Positions 31,215 to 41,100 of a stretch of DNA of 64,000 bases are shown piece by piece (position 1 is the stretch's first letter; each line of letters starts with the position of its first letter). The DNA is from an uncultured Gemmatimonadales bacterium. GTDB lineage: Bacteria > Gemmatimonadota > Gemmatimonadetes > Longimicrobiales > RSA9. The position numbers were made by a program, and so were the translations under genes. The stretch lies in NCBI GenBank assembly GCA_963708135.1, contig OY970192.1, positions 5,120,001-5,184,000 on the forward strand, in the 5' to 3' direction. Below the pieces are notes generated by a model. The model saw only the letters and a list, made by a program, of their open reading frames with translations, was not told the DNA's origin and did not search any database.

Positions 31215-34200
31215 TCACAGGGTCACCCGGATGGTCACGAGGAACCGCCTGAGCTGCGGCCACCCCTCCTGGTAGTATGCATTCGAGTCGCTGCCGTTGT
31301 CGCGCACCTCGGTGTCCACCTGATGGACGCCGAAGTCACCCCACTGTGCGCGCCAGATCGTCCACAGATTCTGCGCCGAGAAGGTCAGTGAGGTGCGCGA
31401 CAGGCGGAACCGCTGGGACAGGCGCTGGGGCAGCGTGTACGTCGCCGACAGGTCACGCAGCTTGGCGAATCCCGCATCGATCGTCCCGGGCTGGCGGCGG
31501 ATGTCGAGGATATCGTAGGCAAGGAGGATCGGGTCGTTGCCCTCGAGGATCGCGCGCTGGTTGCGGAAGGACATGAGAGAGGCCCGGATGTCGCCGCTCA
31601 GAAGCGTGTTGCCGCCGACGTAGTCGGCTTGGGCGTAGAGCTGGAGGTTCCGGAAGAGCGTCAGTGTCGCGTTCGCGGACCCCTCCCACGTCGGCTGTGC
31701 CGAGCCCCAGTAGACCTGCGGTGCGCCGGCGCAGGGTACCGGTGCACCGCCGCCGGGCGAGAAGTTGCTGCCGGCGATCCGCTCGCCACCCTCGCACATC
31801 ATGTTGATCGCCCGCGGCGTCGCGCCAGTCCGGTCGATGTCCGCAGAGACAACGCGCGTCATGAAGATGCTGCCGAGAGGATAGCCGATGACGTTGTAGC
31901 GGCCGTACGGCGCGTTCAGCACAAGGGACGTGGGCCCGCCGAGGGTCACGACCTCGTTCGTGTTATGGGAGTAGGTGAAACCGAGATTCAACTGTGCGTT
32001 CCGCAAACGCATGACGTCCGCCCGAAGGCCCATCTCTAGCCCGCGGTTGGCGACCTCGCCGATGTTGCGGAACTGTGAGCCCGGGAAGCCGAGCGATGGC
32101 GTGACCGGAACCTCCACGATCGCGTCCTTCGTCTTTTTCGTGTAGTACGTGAGCTCGAGCCCGACGCGCTCGTCGAAGCCCGTCGCATCGAAGCCGGCTT
32201 CGAACTCCTCGCCGACTTCGGGCTTCAGGTCCGGGTTTCCGATGTTGTCCGGCGTCAGCGTGGGCGTCCCGTTCGCGCCCGAGGACGGCGCGTAGATACG
32301 CAGCGCCGCGAACGCGTCCGGCTGATGACCGGCCTTGCCCCACGCCGCGCGGAGCTTGAGCGAGTTCAACACCGGCAGGGACGAGAGGAACGGCTCGTCC
32401 GTCAGTACCCAGCTCCCGCTCAGCTTGGGATAGACGACGAAGTCGAAGTTCTTGCCGAAGGCGCTGTTGTCGTCGCCGCGCACGGCACCGGTCAGGAAGA
32501 GGCGATTCTTCCAGGCGAGCTGCTCCTGCACGTAGGTGCCGACCGTCTTGTTCTCCAGGAACGACTCCGTCCCGCTCCGGATCGCGCCCGAGGTGACCGT
32601 CTCGAGCGCGCGAACCGGGAACGTGCTGCCGGTCGCGGTCTCAGTGTTCACCTGCTTCTTGTAGTACTGGAGCCCGACGGCGGTCTCGAACGTCAGATCG
32701 CGGCTCACGGGTGCCGTCGCCACGGCGGCGTAGTCGATACTGCTTAGATTCTCCCGGTAGTCCTGGATGCTGGCCGAGCCCGTCCGGCTCGCGCCCACCG
32801 TCTCGCTCAGCCTGGACAGTTGGGAGAGCCGCTGCGTCGTCAGGTCCGTGCCGACCGTCAGGCGATGCGAGAACCACGAGAACGGCTGGTACTTGACGGT
32901 GCCGGTGAGGATTCCTCGCGCCAGGTCCTCGTAGCCCTCGTAGTCGTTTTCGTAGCGCTCCGGCGGGCCCGTCAGGTAGCCGCGCGTCGGACCGTTGACC
33001 CCGCCCGCTCGCCCCAGGCCCGGCTCGCACCCCGGCGACGGACACGCCCACAGGATCGTCACCGAGATCGGCTGCGCCGCGCCCGCCGAGCGATACCGGC
33101 TCTTGATGTAGGACAGCCCGACGTTCACCGACACCCGCTCGTCCGGCGTGTACGTCAGGTTCGCCTGACTCGTCAGCCGGTTCTTCCAGTTGTAGTCGAC
33201 CGGACCCTCGTCCCGGTCCCAGCCCCCGGCGAAGAAATACGTCGCCGGCCCCGACCCGCCGCTCACGTTCCCCGAGTACTCCCGCGGATGCCCCGTCCGG
33301 AACCACGGGCCGTACGAGATCGTGTCGCCCGGATACTCGCCGGTCACGCGGTCGCTCCGCAGCGCGTTGAAGGCGACGATGTTCCCCGCCGAGTTCCGGT
33401 AGTAGACGTCACCCCAGAGCTTCTCCGGGTCAGGCAGCCAGTTCGCGCCTTCCTTCGCCATGAATTTCCACACCGGCGCGCCCGTGCTCCCCCGCTTCGT
33501 GATGATGTTGATCACCCCGTTGGACGCTTCCGTGCCGTACAGCGTGGCCGCCGCAGGGCCCTTGATGATCTCGATCGACTCGATGTTGCCCGGATCGATG
33601 TCGTTCATGCGCGACGGCGGCGAGCGCGAATCCACGCCCGGACCGTTGGTCGCCGTGTTGCTCACCCGTACGCCGTCGATGTAGAGCAGCGGCTCCGACC
33701 GTAGCGACAGGCTGTTCGCGCCCCGGATCCTGATGTTCGCGCTCGAACCGATGTCGCCGCCCCCCGACAGCACCGCCACACCGGAGACCGTGCTCAGCAA
33801 CTGGTGCACGTTCGGCGGCGGCGCGAGCGCCACGGTCTTCTCCACGTCCACCGTCCCCACCGCGTTGCCGAGGGACCGCTTGAGCTGCTGCTGCGGCGTC
33901 CCCGTCACGACGATCGCGTTCAGGGTCGTCGCGCTCTCGGTCATCTCCAGCACCAGGTCCGTCCGTCCGACCTGGACCGTCTGCGCCAGGTCCCGGTACC
34001 CGATCATCACCACCCGTAGCGATACCGTCGCGCCGCTCAAGTCCGGGATCAGAAAGCGCCCCCGGTTGTCAGTCAGGGCCCCGCGCTGCCCCAGCACGAC
34101 CTGCGCGCCCACGAGCGGTCGGCGCGTCACCGACTCCACCACGACCCCGCCGACCGCCCCCTGCTGCTGCTGCGCCGCCAGCCGCGATGAGCCCGGTACG

Positions 34201-34277
34201 AGCCCCACTAGCCCCGCGGTAAGCGTGATCCAGCCGCGAAACCGCGCGATCCCGTTCGGTCTCGATACGGATGCCAT
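31215..34277 (-). CDS. SusC/RagA-like TonB-dependent receptor
   Basis: IRIRGANSL, DIDPGNIESIEIIKGPAAATLYGTEASNGVINIITK and GNPDLKPE. Confidence 0.93.
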   Translation of the reverse strand: MASVSRPNGIARFRGWITLTAGLVGLVPGSSRLAAQQQQGAVGGVVVESVTRRPLVGAQVVLGQRGALTDNRGRFLIPDLSGATVSLRVVMIGYRDLAQTVQVGRTDLVLEMTESATTLNAIVVTGTPQQQLKRSLGNAVGTVDVEKTVALAPPPNVHQLLSTVSGVAVLSGGGDIGSSANIRIRGANSLSLRSEPLLYIDGVRVSNTATNGPGVDSRSPPSRMNDIDPGNIESIEIIKGPAAATLYGTEASNGVINIITKRGSTGAPVWKFMAKEGANWLPDPEKLWGDVYYRNSAGNIVAFNALRSDRVTGEYPGDTISYGPWFRTGHPREYSGNVSGGSGPATYFFAGGWDRDEGPVDYNWKNRLTSQANLTYTPDERVSVNVGLSYIKSRYRSAGAAQPISVTILWACPSPGCEPGLGRAGGVNGPTRGYLTGPPERYENDYEGYEDLARGILTGTVKYQPFSWFSHRLTVGTDLTTQRLSQLSRLSETVGASRTGSASIQDYRENLSSIDYAAVATAPVSRDLTFETAVGLQYYKKQVNTETATGSTFPVRALETVTSGAIRSGTESFLENKTVGTYVQEQLAWKNRLFLTGAVRGDDNSAFGKNFDFVVYPKLSGSWVLTDEPFLSSLPVLNSLKLRAAWGKAGHQPDAFAALRIYAPSSGANGTPTLTPDNIGNPDLKPEVGEEFEAGFDATGFDERVGLELTYYTKKTKDAIVEVPVTPSLGFPGSQFRNIGEVANRGLEMGLRADVMRLRNAQLNLGFTYSHNTNEVVTLGGPTSLVLNAPYGRYNVIGYPLGSIFMTRVVSADIDRTGATPRAINMMCEGGERIAGSNFSPGGGAPVPCAGAPQVYWGSAQPTWEGSANATLTLFRNLQLYAQADYVGGNTLLSGDIRASLMSFRNQRAILEGNDPILLAYDILDIRRQPGTIDAGFAKLRDLSATYTLPQRLSQRFRLSRTSLTFSAQNLWTIWRAQWGDFGVHQVDTEVRDNGSDSNAYYQEGWPQLRRFLVTIRVTL

Positions 34278-34549
34278 ATCCACCTCCTGGTTGTGAAGGA
34301 CGCGGGTGGTGCTGGCCCGGAAGACCGCTGGTCCGGGTCGGGGCAGAGGTGCGCCTGCCCCGGGGGTCGGGGCGGGTGCCGGTAGTGAGCGGCGGTGCGC
34401 GGCGGGGGCCGGCAGTTTTCCGCCAATTTGGTTCACGTTTTTGTAATGATTTGTGTATACAGAGTGCCACGAAGTGAATGAGGACGCAAGGGTGTTGTCC
34501 GGGGAGGGCCGGCGGGAGGGCTGCCGCGCGCTCCCGCCGGTGCGGCCGC

Positions 34550-35938
34550 CTACGGCCGCCAGACGCCGATCCCCTTCTCGTAGCGGATCACGGTGCCGAG
34601 CGGCGCCGACAGCTCGGCAAGCCGCTCGATGATCTTCCGGCCCGTGGCGGCGTCCGCCAGGCGCGGCGTCCCCCGCTGCGAGCGCGGCCGCTTCTGCTCC
34701 AGGTCGATCGGATACAGCTTCAGCTCGACGAGACTCTTGCCCTGGAACGTCGGCACGGCCACGACGCTCTCGTACCAGATGGGGCTGGACGGAAAGCCGC
34801 TGGTGCCATTGCGGAAGCGGGCGTCATAGAGGTCCTTCGCCAGCGTCGTCGCGGGCAGGTCGAAGCCCTCGTAGTTGTCGGAGGGCATCGGGTCGATCGT
34901 CTCGTTCTGGAAGACGAAGTTCCCCAGACTGTAAAAGATGGGGCGACCCTTGTAGATCTCGATTCCGCGCAGCTGGTGGGGTCCGTGGATCACGTAGGCG
35001 ACGGCGCCCGCGTCGATGCACGCGTGCGCCCACTGGCGCATCCACTCGTCGGGCACCGTCGCGTCGTTGCCAGGCTCGTGCGAATGGCTGGTCACAAGCA
35101 CGAAGTCGGCCTGATCTGCGGCGTTGCGCACCTCGCGCAGGATGCGCGCGGTATCAGCGGTCTCCAGCGTCTGAACGAGCGTGTCCGCCGCGCCGGGGTA
35201 GACATTGGCCCCCAGCAGACGAACCGCGCCGCCATCTCTCGTCGGCGCCCGGCCGCCGAGCGACGGCGCCATCTCCACGAGCCGCGCGAACGTGGACGGC
35301 CTGGCCTCGTAACGCCTTTGCACGCGCAGCGCGTTGAGGCCGGGGCGCCCCGGCACTTCCGGGCGCGCGGCGCCGGCGCGGGACATGTTCGTGAACGTCG
35401 TCGCCAGACCGATGAGCGCGATCCGCCCCTTCGTCGTGTCGAGGTATCCGGGGCGGCTCGCCCAGCCCAGGTTCTCGCCAGTGCCGGCGTGCACGATGCC
35501 CAACTGGTCCAGCAGCCGGTCCGTCGCGCGCATCCCCGCCACGCCGTAATCGGTCGTGTGGTTATTCGCACGGTTGAACATGTCGAACCCCATTGCCTTC
35601 AGGTCCGCCGCGGCCTCCGGCGGCCCGTGCTCCCAATTGCCCCCGTTCTCGACCTCGGGCCAGCCGTCGAACGCCTCCAGCCGGAACAGCGAGATCTCGA
35701 GGTTGAGCATCGCCGCGTCCGCGTCCCGGATCACCTTCGTCATTGCCGCGAACGCGGGATCGCCGGCGTTGTCGAACTGCGCGATGCGCCTCGTGATGAT
35801 GGCATCGCCGGCGGCGGCCAGGCTCCAGCGCACTGCCGGACCGGGCACCGTCGGCTGCTGCGCCTGCAGGCCGGCCGCGGGCGCGAGCACCATCGTGCAC
35901 ACGAGCGATGCGGCGACGTACAGCCAGCGCTTCGACAT
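34550..35938 (-). CDS. CapA / poly-gamma-glutamate synthesis family metallophosphoesterase-like protein
   Basis: AAGD, NLE, ANNHTTDYG, HGPHQLRGIEIYKGRPIFYSLGNF and a signal peptide. Confidence 0.88.
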   Translation of the reverse strand: MSKRWLYVAASLVCTMVLAPAAGLQAQQPTVPGPAVRWSLAAAGDAIITRRIAQFDNAGDPAFAAMTKVIRDADAAMLNLEISLFRLEAFDGWPEVENGGNWEHGPPEAAADLKAMGFDMFNRANNHTTDYGVAGMRATDRLLDQLGIVHAGTGENLGWASRPGYLDTTKGRIALIGLATTFTNMSRAGAARPEVPGRPGLNALRVQRRYEARPSTFARLVEMAPSLGGRAPTRDGGAVRLLGANVYPGAADTLVQTLETADTARILREVRNAADQADFVLVTSHSHEPGNDATVPDEWMRQWAHACIDAGAVAYVIHGPHQLRGIEIYKGRPIFYSLGNFVFQNETIDPMPSDNYEGFDLPATTLAKDLYDARFRNGTSGFPSSPIWYESVVAVPTFQGKSLVELKLYPIDLEQKRPRSQRGTPRLADAATGRKIIERLAELSAPLGTVIRYEKGIGVWRP

Positions 35939-36149
35939 GAGACCTCGCGGGATGAGGTGCGTGGGTCACTTGTGACCCGAGCCGCGCCCAGGGATCCGAC
36001 GGCGGCGGAAGAGCCATGACTCCGGTGCAGGATGCGCCCAAGATACTCTCGGGCGGCCATCGCGCCATAACGACGTATCCGCGCCGTGCGGCTGCCCGAC
36101 GGCGCCGCCGCGCATCCGGTGGGCCGCCTCGCATCCGTCCCGCGCGCTG

Positions 36150-36492
36150 CACCTGCCGGGCGGCGCTCCGGCGGGGAGGCCCTCTCCGGCCCTGCGGAAC
36201 GCTCGGCCCTCCCCCGGCCCGGCCCCGCCGCCGGCCACCCCCCTGCCTCGCGGACGGCAGTCCTCGGGCCTGCGAGGGCCTCGCCACCTGCGCGATCGTT
36301 CGGCGGCCGGCGGAGGAGCGCGGCCGATGGCGTCGGTGCGCGGGCTGGCGCCGGCAAGGGCGCGAGGCCCGCCAGGCCGGCGGGGCGAATCGTCGTCGGC
36401 CCGGGGTCCTGCGTCCGTGCTCCGGGGCGCCGGCCTGGCGAGGGTCCGGCCGGAGAGGGAAGCGCCGGGCCGAGATCTCCCACTCTTGCCGG
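36150..36492 (+). repeat. Dispersed intergenic element A, copy 2
   Basis: Colinear with 25196-25598, including TCCTGCGTCCGTG...GGCCTGGCGAGGG...CCCACTCTTGCCGG. Confidence 0.85.
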
Positions 36493-36530
36493 CCCTTCGC
36501 CACCGGCGTCTGGCTTCCGCCGCCAGGCGC

Positions 36531-37217
36531 TCAACGAAGCAGCCCGCACGCCACCGGCAGGGTCATGTACGCCGGCACGCCGGGCAGGGAGGCGACGCTG
36601 GCGGGGAGCGGCGTGTCCTCGGCCACGCCCTGGATGACGATGCTCCGGGTGGAGAGGTCGAGACGGCCGTTCGGGGGCAGGCGGGTGGTGCGAGGCGTGG
36701 ACGTGGTGCTGTCGGGGCGCTCGAGGTCGAGCAGCAGGTTCTCGGACGCGCCGGTGCGGCGGTAGTGCAGGGTGCCGTCGGCGAGGGCGAGGGGCTGGAC
36801 GGCGGAGCCGGCGAGCTGCGACTCGATGTCGCCATCCAGCGGGATGAGGGCGAGGCCGAAGGAGCGGAGCCCCTCCAGGATGTCGATGTAGCCGTCGCCG
36901 TTGGCGTCGTCGGCGGCGGTGGGGCAGCGGCCGAACGCGCGGATCTGAATGGGGTGCGGCCCGGGCGAGAGCCCCGCCGCATCGACGGCGGCGGAGAACG
37001 TGCCCGCGTCGATCGTGAAGGTGGCGGTGCCGGAGGCGGCGCGCGGCCCCGTCGCCTTCGGGTTCAGCGGCCGGAGCGTGGCGGTGTGGACGGCGGTCGC
37101 GGCGCAGCCTGCGGCGGCGAGCGCGAGGGCCAGGAGCGCGCACGTGAAGGCGACGCGGCCCCTCCGGCCTCCGACCCGCGTCTCCCCTATCCGGCCCGCC
37201 GCCGTCGCGCTCTCCAT
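36531..37217 (-). CDS. Hypothetical lipoprotein (CHRD / Cu-Zn SOD-like fold possible)
   Basis: Lipobox AAGC, CPTAADDANGDGYID, RSIVIQG and LPVACG. Confidence 0.6.
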   Translation of the reverse strand: MESATAAGRIGETRVGGRRGRVAFTCALLALALAAAGCAATAVHTATLRPLNPKATGPRAASGTATFTIDAGTFSAAVDAAGLSPGPHPIQIRAFGRCPTAADDANGDGYIDILEGLRSFGLALIPLDGDIESQLAGSAVQPLALADGTLHYRRTGASENLLLDLERPDSTTSTPRTTRLPPNGRLDLSTRSIVIQGVAEDTPLPASVASLPGVPAYMTLPVACGLLR

Positions 37218-38194
37218 TGCCGCTCCTCCGCCACCGGTTCCGCCGCCCCGCCCTCCTCGCATTCGGCGCCCGCCAGGGGGCCGCGCGGCTTGCGCGTCGA
37301 GGGGGAGGTGGTGATGAGCACCACCGCGGCGAGGATGACGGCACCGGCAAGGAGCATGCGCGCGGTGAGCGGCTCGCCGGCCAGCGCCCAGCCGAGCAGC
37401 ACGGCAATGACGGGGTTCACGTACGCGTAGGTGGCCACGCGCGTGGGCGCCACGTGGGCGAGCAGCCAGACGTAGGCGGTGAAGCCGATGAGCGAGCCGA
37501 AGACGACGAGGTAGCCGACCGCGAGCAGCGACGCGCCCGACACCCGCGCCGGCTGCAGCTGCCACAGCTCGCCCGAGACCGCCGCGGCCACGAGCGAGAG
37601 CACGCCCCCCGCCACCATCTCCATCGCGGTGCCGAGCAGCGCGGGGCGGGGCAGCGGCGCGCGCCGGCTGTAGATCGAGCCCGCCGCCCAGCACATCGAG
37701 CCGAGCACCAGGATCAGCGCGCCGAACCGGTCGATCCCGCCGCCGCCGAAGGAGCCGGGACCCACGAGCAGGCCGATCCCCGCGAGCCCCGCCGCGAGGC
37801 CCAGGATCACCCGCCCGCCCGGCCGGCCGCCGCCGCCCCAGACCGCATCGATCACGGTCATCCAGACGGGCACCGTGGCCACGATCAGCGCCGCGACGCC
37901 GCTCGGCACCACCCGCTCCGCGTGGGTCACCGCGCCGTTGCCGCACACGAGCAGCAGCCCGCCGATGATCGCCGCCGAGCGCCAGTGCACGACGCGCGGC
38001 CGCGGCGCCCCGCGCAGCCGCACGACGACGTACAGGATCCCGCCCGCCACGAGGTAGCGCCCCGCCACGAGCACGAACGGCGGCAGCGTGGCGATGCCGA
38101 TGCGCATCGCCAGGTAGGTCGAGCCCCAGATCAGGTAGATCGCCGCGAACGCGAGGGCGACGTGCCACGCGCGCGGTTCGCTGGTGTCGGTCAT
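37187..38194 (-). CDS. EamA/DMT transporter (YedA-like)
   Basis: AIYLIWGSTYLAMR, YLVVFGSLIGFTAY and YAYVNPVIAV. Confidence 0.9.
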   Translation of the reverse strand: MTDTSEPRAWHVALAFAAIYLIWGSTYLAMRIGIATLPPFVLVAGRYLVAGGILYVVVRLRGAPRPRVVHWRSAAIIGGLLLVCGNGAVTHAERVVPSGVAALIVATVPVWMTVIDAVWGGGGRPGGRVILGLAAGLAGIGLLVGPGSFGGGGIDRFGALILVLGSMCWAAGSIYSRRAPLPRPALLGTAMEMVAGGVLSLVAAAVSGELWQLQPARVSGASLLAVGYLVVFGSLIGFTAYVWLLAHVAPTRVATYAYVNPVIAVLLGWALAGEPLTARMLLAGAVILAAVVLITTSPSTRKPRGPLAGAECEEGGAAEPVAEERQWRARRRRAG

Positions 38195-38270
38195 GTCGGT
38201 CGAACGTCTCCGTAAACCTGGCCGTCCTGCGCGGTTGTCCCGTGCGATCCGGCGGCCTCGCCTCGCACCA

Positions 38271-38565
38271 GCCGGGCCGACTCGCGTCGCTCGCGCGCCG
38301 CGGCTGCCGGGCGGCGTTCCGCGGGGCCGTTCCGCGTCGCTCGCGCGCGGCGGCTGCCGGGCGGCGTCCAGCCGGGCCGACTCGCGTCGCTCGCGCGCCG
38401 CGGCTGCCGGGCGGCGTTCCGCGGGGCCGTTCCGCGTCGCTCGCGCGCGGCGGCTGCCGGGCGGCGTCCAGCCGGGCCGACTCGCGTTGCTCGCGCGCCG
38501 CGGCTGCCGGGCGGCGTTCCGCGGGGCCGTTCCGCGTCGCTCGCGCGCGGCGGCTGCCGGGCGGC
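38271..38565. repeat. 100-bp tandem repeat x3 with ~50-bp internal subunits
   Basis: GCCGGGCCGACTCGCG starts at 38271, 38371 and 38471. Confidence 0.9.
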
Positions 38566-38685
38566 GCTCCGGTGGGGAGGCCCTCTCCGGCCCTGCGGAA
38601 CTCGCGGCTCCGCCGCATCCGCCCGACCCCGCCGCCGCTCGGACAGTCCTCGGTCCTCCGAGGGCCTCCCCACCTGCGCGATCGT
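38554..38685 (+). repeat. Dispersed element A, partial copy 3
   Basis: Matches the 5' part of copy 1 through CCTGCGCGATCGT. Confidence 0.8.
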
Positions 38686-38755
38686 CCGTGGGTTGGACCC
38701 GAGCAGCACCCGCGGACGGCCGGTCACGTGCGGTTTCGTCGAGTCGGCGCTGCCG

Positions 38756-39117
38756 CACCGAATCGCAAACGGCCGCTCGGCGGCCGGGACCTCCCGGCGG
38801 TTGTGTGCGCCTGGCGCACCGAATCGCCAACGGCCGCTCAATGGGCGCGACGTCCCGGCGGTTGTGTGCGCCTGGCGCACCGAATCGCCAACGGCGGCTC
38901 GACGGCCGGGACGACTCGGCGGTTGGATGCGCCTGGCGCACCGAATCGCCAATGGCCGCTCAATGGGCGCGACGTCCCGGCGGTTGTGTGCGCCTGGGGC
39001 ATCGAATCGCCAACGGCGGCTCGACGGCCGGGACGTCCCGGCGGTTGTGTGCGCCTGGCGCACCGAATCGCCAACGGCCGCTCAATGGGCGCGACGTCCC
39101 GGCGGTTGTGTGCGCCT
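38756..39117. repeat. 61-bp palindromic tandem array x6 with alternating A/B variants
   Basis: CACCGAATCG, or CATCGAATCG, at 38756, 38817, 38878, 38939, 39000 and 39061. Confidence 0.9.
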
Positions 39118-39389
39118 GTCATCGGCAGCGCCGCCCGGGCCGCCTGCCAGCCGGGGCAGACCGAATCCCGCCCCTCGCCCGGCGGTTCCGGACGGCTGCG
39201 GAAGATACGCACGCACGCTTCACCCGCGAGACCCCGCGGCGCCCCGACGCCGCGCCGTTGCCGTACAGGCCGCCCGCAGCGCGTCCGTTGACGGTGCCCG
39301 TGCCCGACCGGTCGGTTCGGCAGCCGGAGAGCCCCCCGCGCGAGCACGGGAACGTCGTCGCCCCGCGTCCCCGCGTCGGGTGGGGGGCC

Positions 39390-39810
39390 AGGTGGGCCCG
39401 GGGAGGGTGGTCCGGGGGAGGGCGGGCCCGGCAGGGCGGGTCCCGGCCAGCGTGGGCCCGGGGCAGGGTGGTCCGGGGCAGGGCGGGTCCCGGCCAGCGT
39501 GGGCCCGGGGCAGGGTGGTCCGGGGGAGGGCGGGTCCGCGCCAGGGTGGGCCCGGGGAGGGTGGTCCGGGGGAGGGCGGGCCCGGCAGGGCGGGTCCCGG
39601 CCAGCGTGGGCCCGGGGCAGGGTGGCCCGGGGCAGGGCGGGTCCCGGCCAGGGTGGGCCCGGCCAGGGTGGTCCGGGGCGGGGCGGGTCCCGGCCAGGGT
39701 GGGCCCGGCCAGGGTGGTCCGGGGCGGGGCGGGTCCGGCCAGGGTGGGCCCGAGGAGGGTGGTCCGGGCGAGGGCGGGTCCGGGGCAGGTTGGAGGGCGG
39801 CCCGGGCGAA
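39390..39810. repeat. G-rich ~15-bp degenerate tandem tract
   Basis: Repeated AGGGTGGTCCGGGGC / AGGGCGGGTCCCGGCC / GGGTGGGCCCGGGG units. Confidence 0.85.
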
Positions 39811-39993
39811 GTCGAGCGTCTCCGGCCGCTCGCGCAGGAACGCGCGGTAGTCGTCGGAGCCGGGGCCGTTTCCCTCGGGATCGGGGCCGGGCGGAGGGTG
39901 CGCCGGGGGCAGGCTGGCGGGGCAGCCACGCAGGGTAGCCCGGGGCGGGTAGGGTCCACTAGCTTGCGCGCGAACCTCAACGAGGGCGAGCCG

Positions 39994-41064
39994 ATGGAGC
40001 TGAGCTACGAGCCGCTCGACCTGCCGACGGCGCACGAGTTCGTGATCGCGCGGGAGGGGGCCAGGCGGCGGCGGAACGTGATCGTGCGGCTGCGCGATGA
40101 CGACGGGGTCGAGGGCTGGGGCGAGGCGCCCGCGACGCCGTTCTACGGCGAGACGGCGGACACCGTCATGACGGTCATGCCGGTGCTCGAGGCGGCGCTG
40201 CGCGGCGCGGCGGACGGGGACCTGTGGGCGATCGGGCGGATCGAGGCGGCGCTGGTGGGCGCGGTCGGCGACGCCGGCCCCGAGGTGGCGGCGGGCGGCG
40301 GCTTTCCGGCGCACCCGGCGGCGCGCGTCGCACTGTCCATGGCGCTGCACGACCTGCTGGGGCGGCGGGTGGGCGCGCCGCTCTGGCGGCTGTGGGGGCT
40401 GGACCCGGGCGCGGCGCCGCCCTCCTCGTTCACGATCGGGCTGGACGAGCCCGAGGCGATGCGGCAGAAGGTGCGCGAGGCGGCGGGCTTCCCGATCCTC
40501 AAGGTGAAGCTCGGCACGGAACGCGACGAGGCGCTCCTCGCCCTCGTCCGCGACGAGGCCCCCGACGCCGTGATCCGCGTGGACGCGAACACCGGCTGGT
40601 CGGTCGAGCGCGGCCTCGCCATGCTGCCGGTGCTGGAGGAGTACGGGGTGGAGCTGGTCGAGCAGCCGCTTCCCGCCGGCGAGGTCGAGGGGGTACGTCG
40701 CCTGAGAGAGAAGGCGACGATGCCGCTCATCGCGGACGAGTCGTGCCGGGTGGCCGCGGACGTGCCGCGGCTTGCCGGCGCGTACGACGGCGTGAACATC
40801 AAGCTGGCCAAGTGCGGCTCGCTGCGGGAGGCGCTGCGGATCGTGGCGGTGGCGCGCGCGCACGACATGAGGGTGATGCTCGGCTGCATGGTGGAGACGA
40901 GCATCGCGATCGCCGCGGCCGTGCAGCTCGCGCCACTCGTGGACTACGTGGACCTGGACGGCGCGCTGCTGCTGGCCGAGGACCCGTTCCAGGGGCCGGG
41001 GGTGAAGCCGGACGGGACGCTGCGGTTCAACGGCGAGGCGGGGCTGGGGGCGGAGCCGGCCTGA
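39994..41064 (+). CDS. Dipeptide epimerase (L-Ala-D/L-Glu epimerase, enolase superfamily)
   Basis: GWGEA, LKVKLG, RVDAN, EQP, ADES, NIKLAKCG and DLDG. Confidence 0.9.
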   Translation: MELSYEPLDLPTAHEFVIAREGARRRRNVIVRLRDDDGVEGWGEAPATPFYGETADTVMTVMPVLEAALRGAADGDLWAIGRIEAALVGAVGDAGPEVAAGGGFPAHPAARVALSMALHDLLGRRVGAPLWRLWGLDPGAAPPSSFTIGLDEPEAMRQKVREAAGFPILKVKLGTERDEALLALVRDEAPDAVIRVDANTGWSVERGLAMLPVLEEYGVELVEQPLPAGEVEGVRRLREKATMPLIADESCRVAADVPRLAGAYDGVNIKLAKCGSLREALRIVAVARAHDMRVMLGCMVETSIAIAAAVQLAPLVDYVDLDGALLLAEDPFQGPGVKPDGTLRFNGEAGLGAEPA

Positions 41065-41100
41065 CGGCCGTTCGGCCCCGTGGCCCCTTTCCCCTTCCGG

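Noticed and set aside
38756..39117. Second CRISPR array
   Set aside because: The linkers are two alternating related variants rather than unique spacers, and there is no leader or cas gene nearby.
38693..39993. Silk/collagen-like GPGQG protein or N-terminal extension of the epimerase
   Set aside because: The open frames arise from stop-poor G-rich repeats. The epimerase has its own start at 39994.
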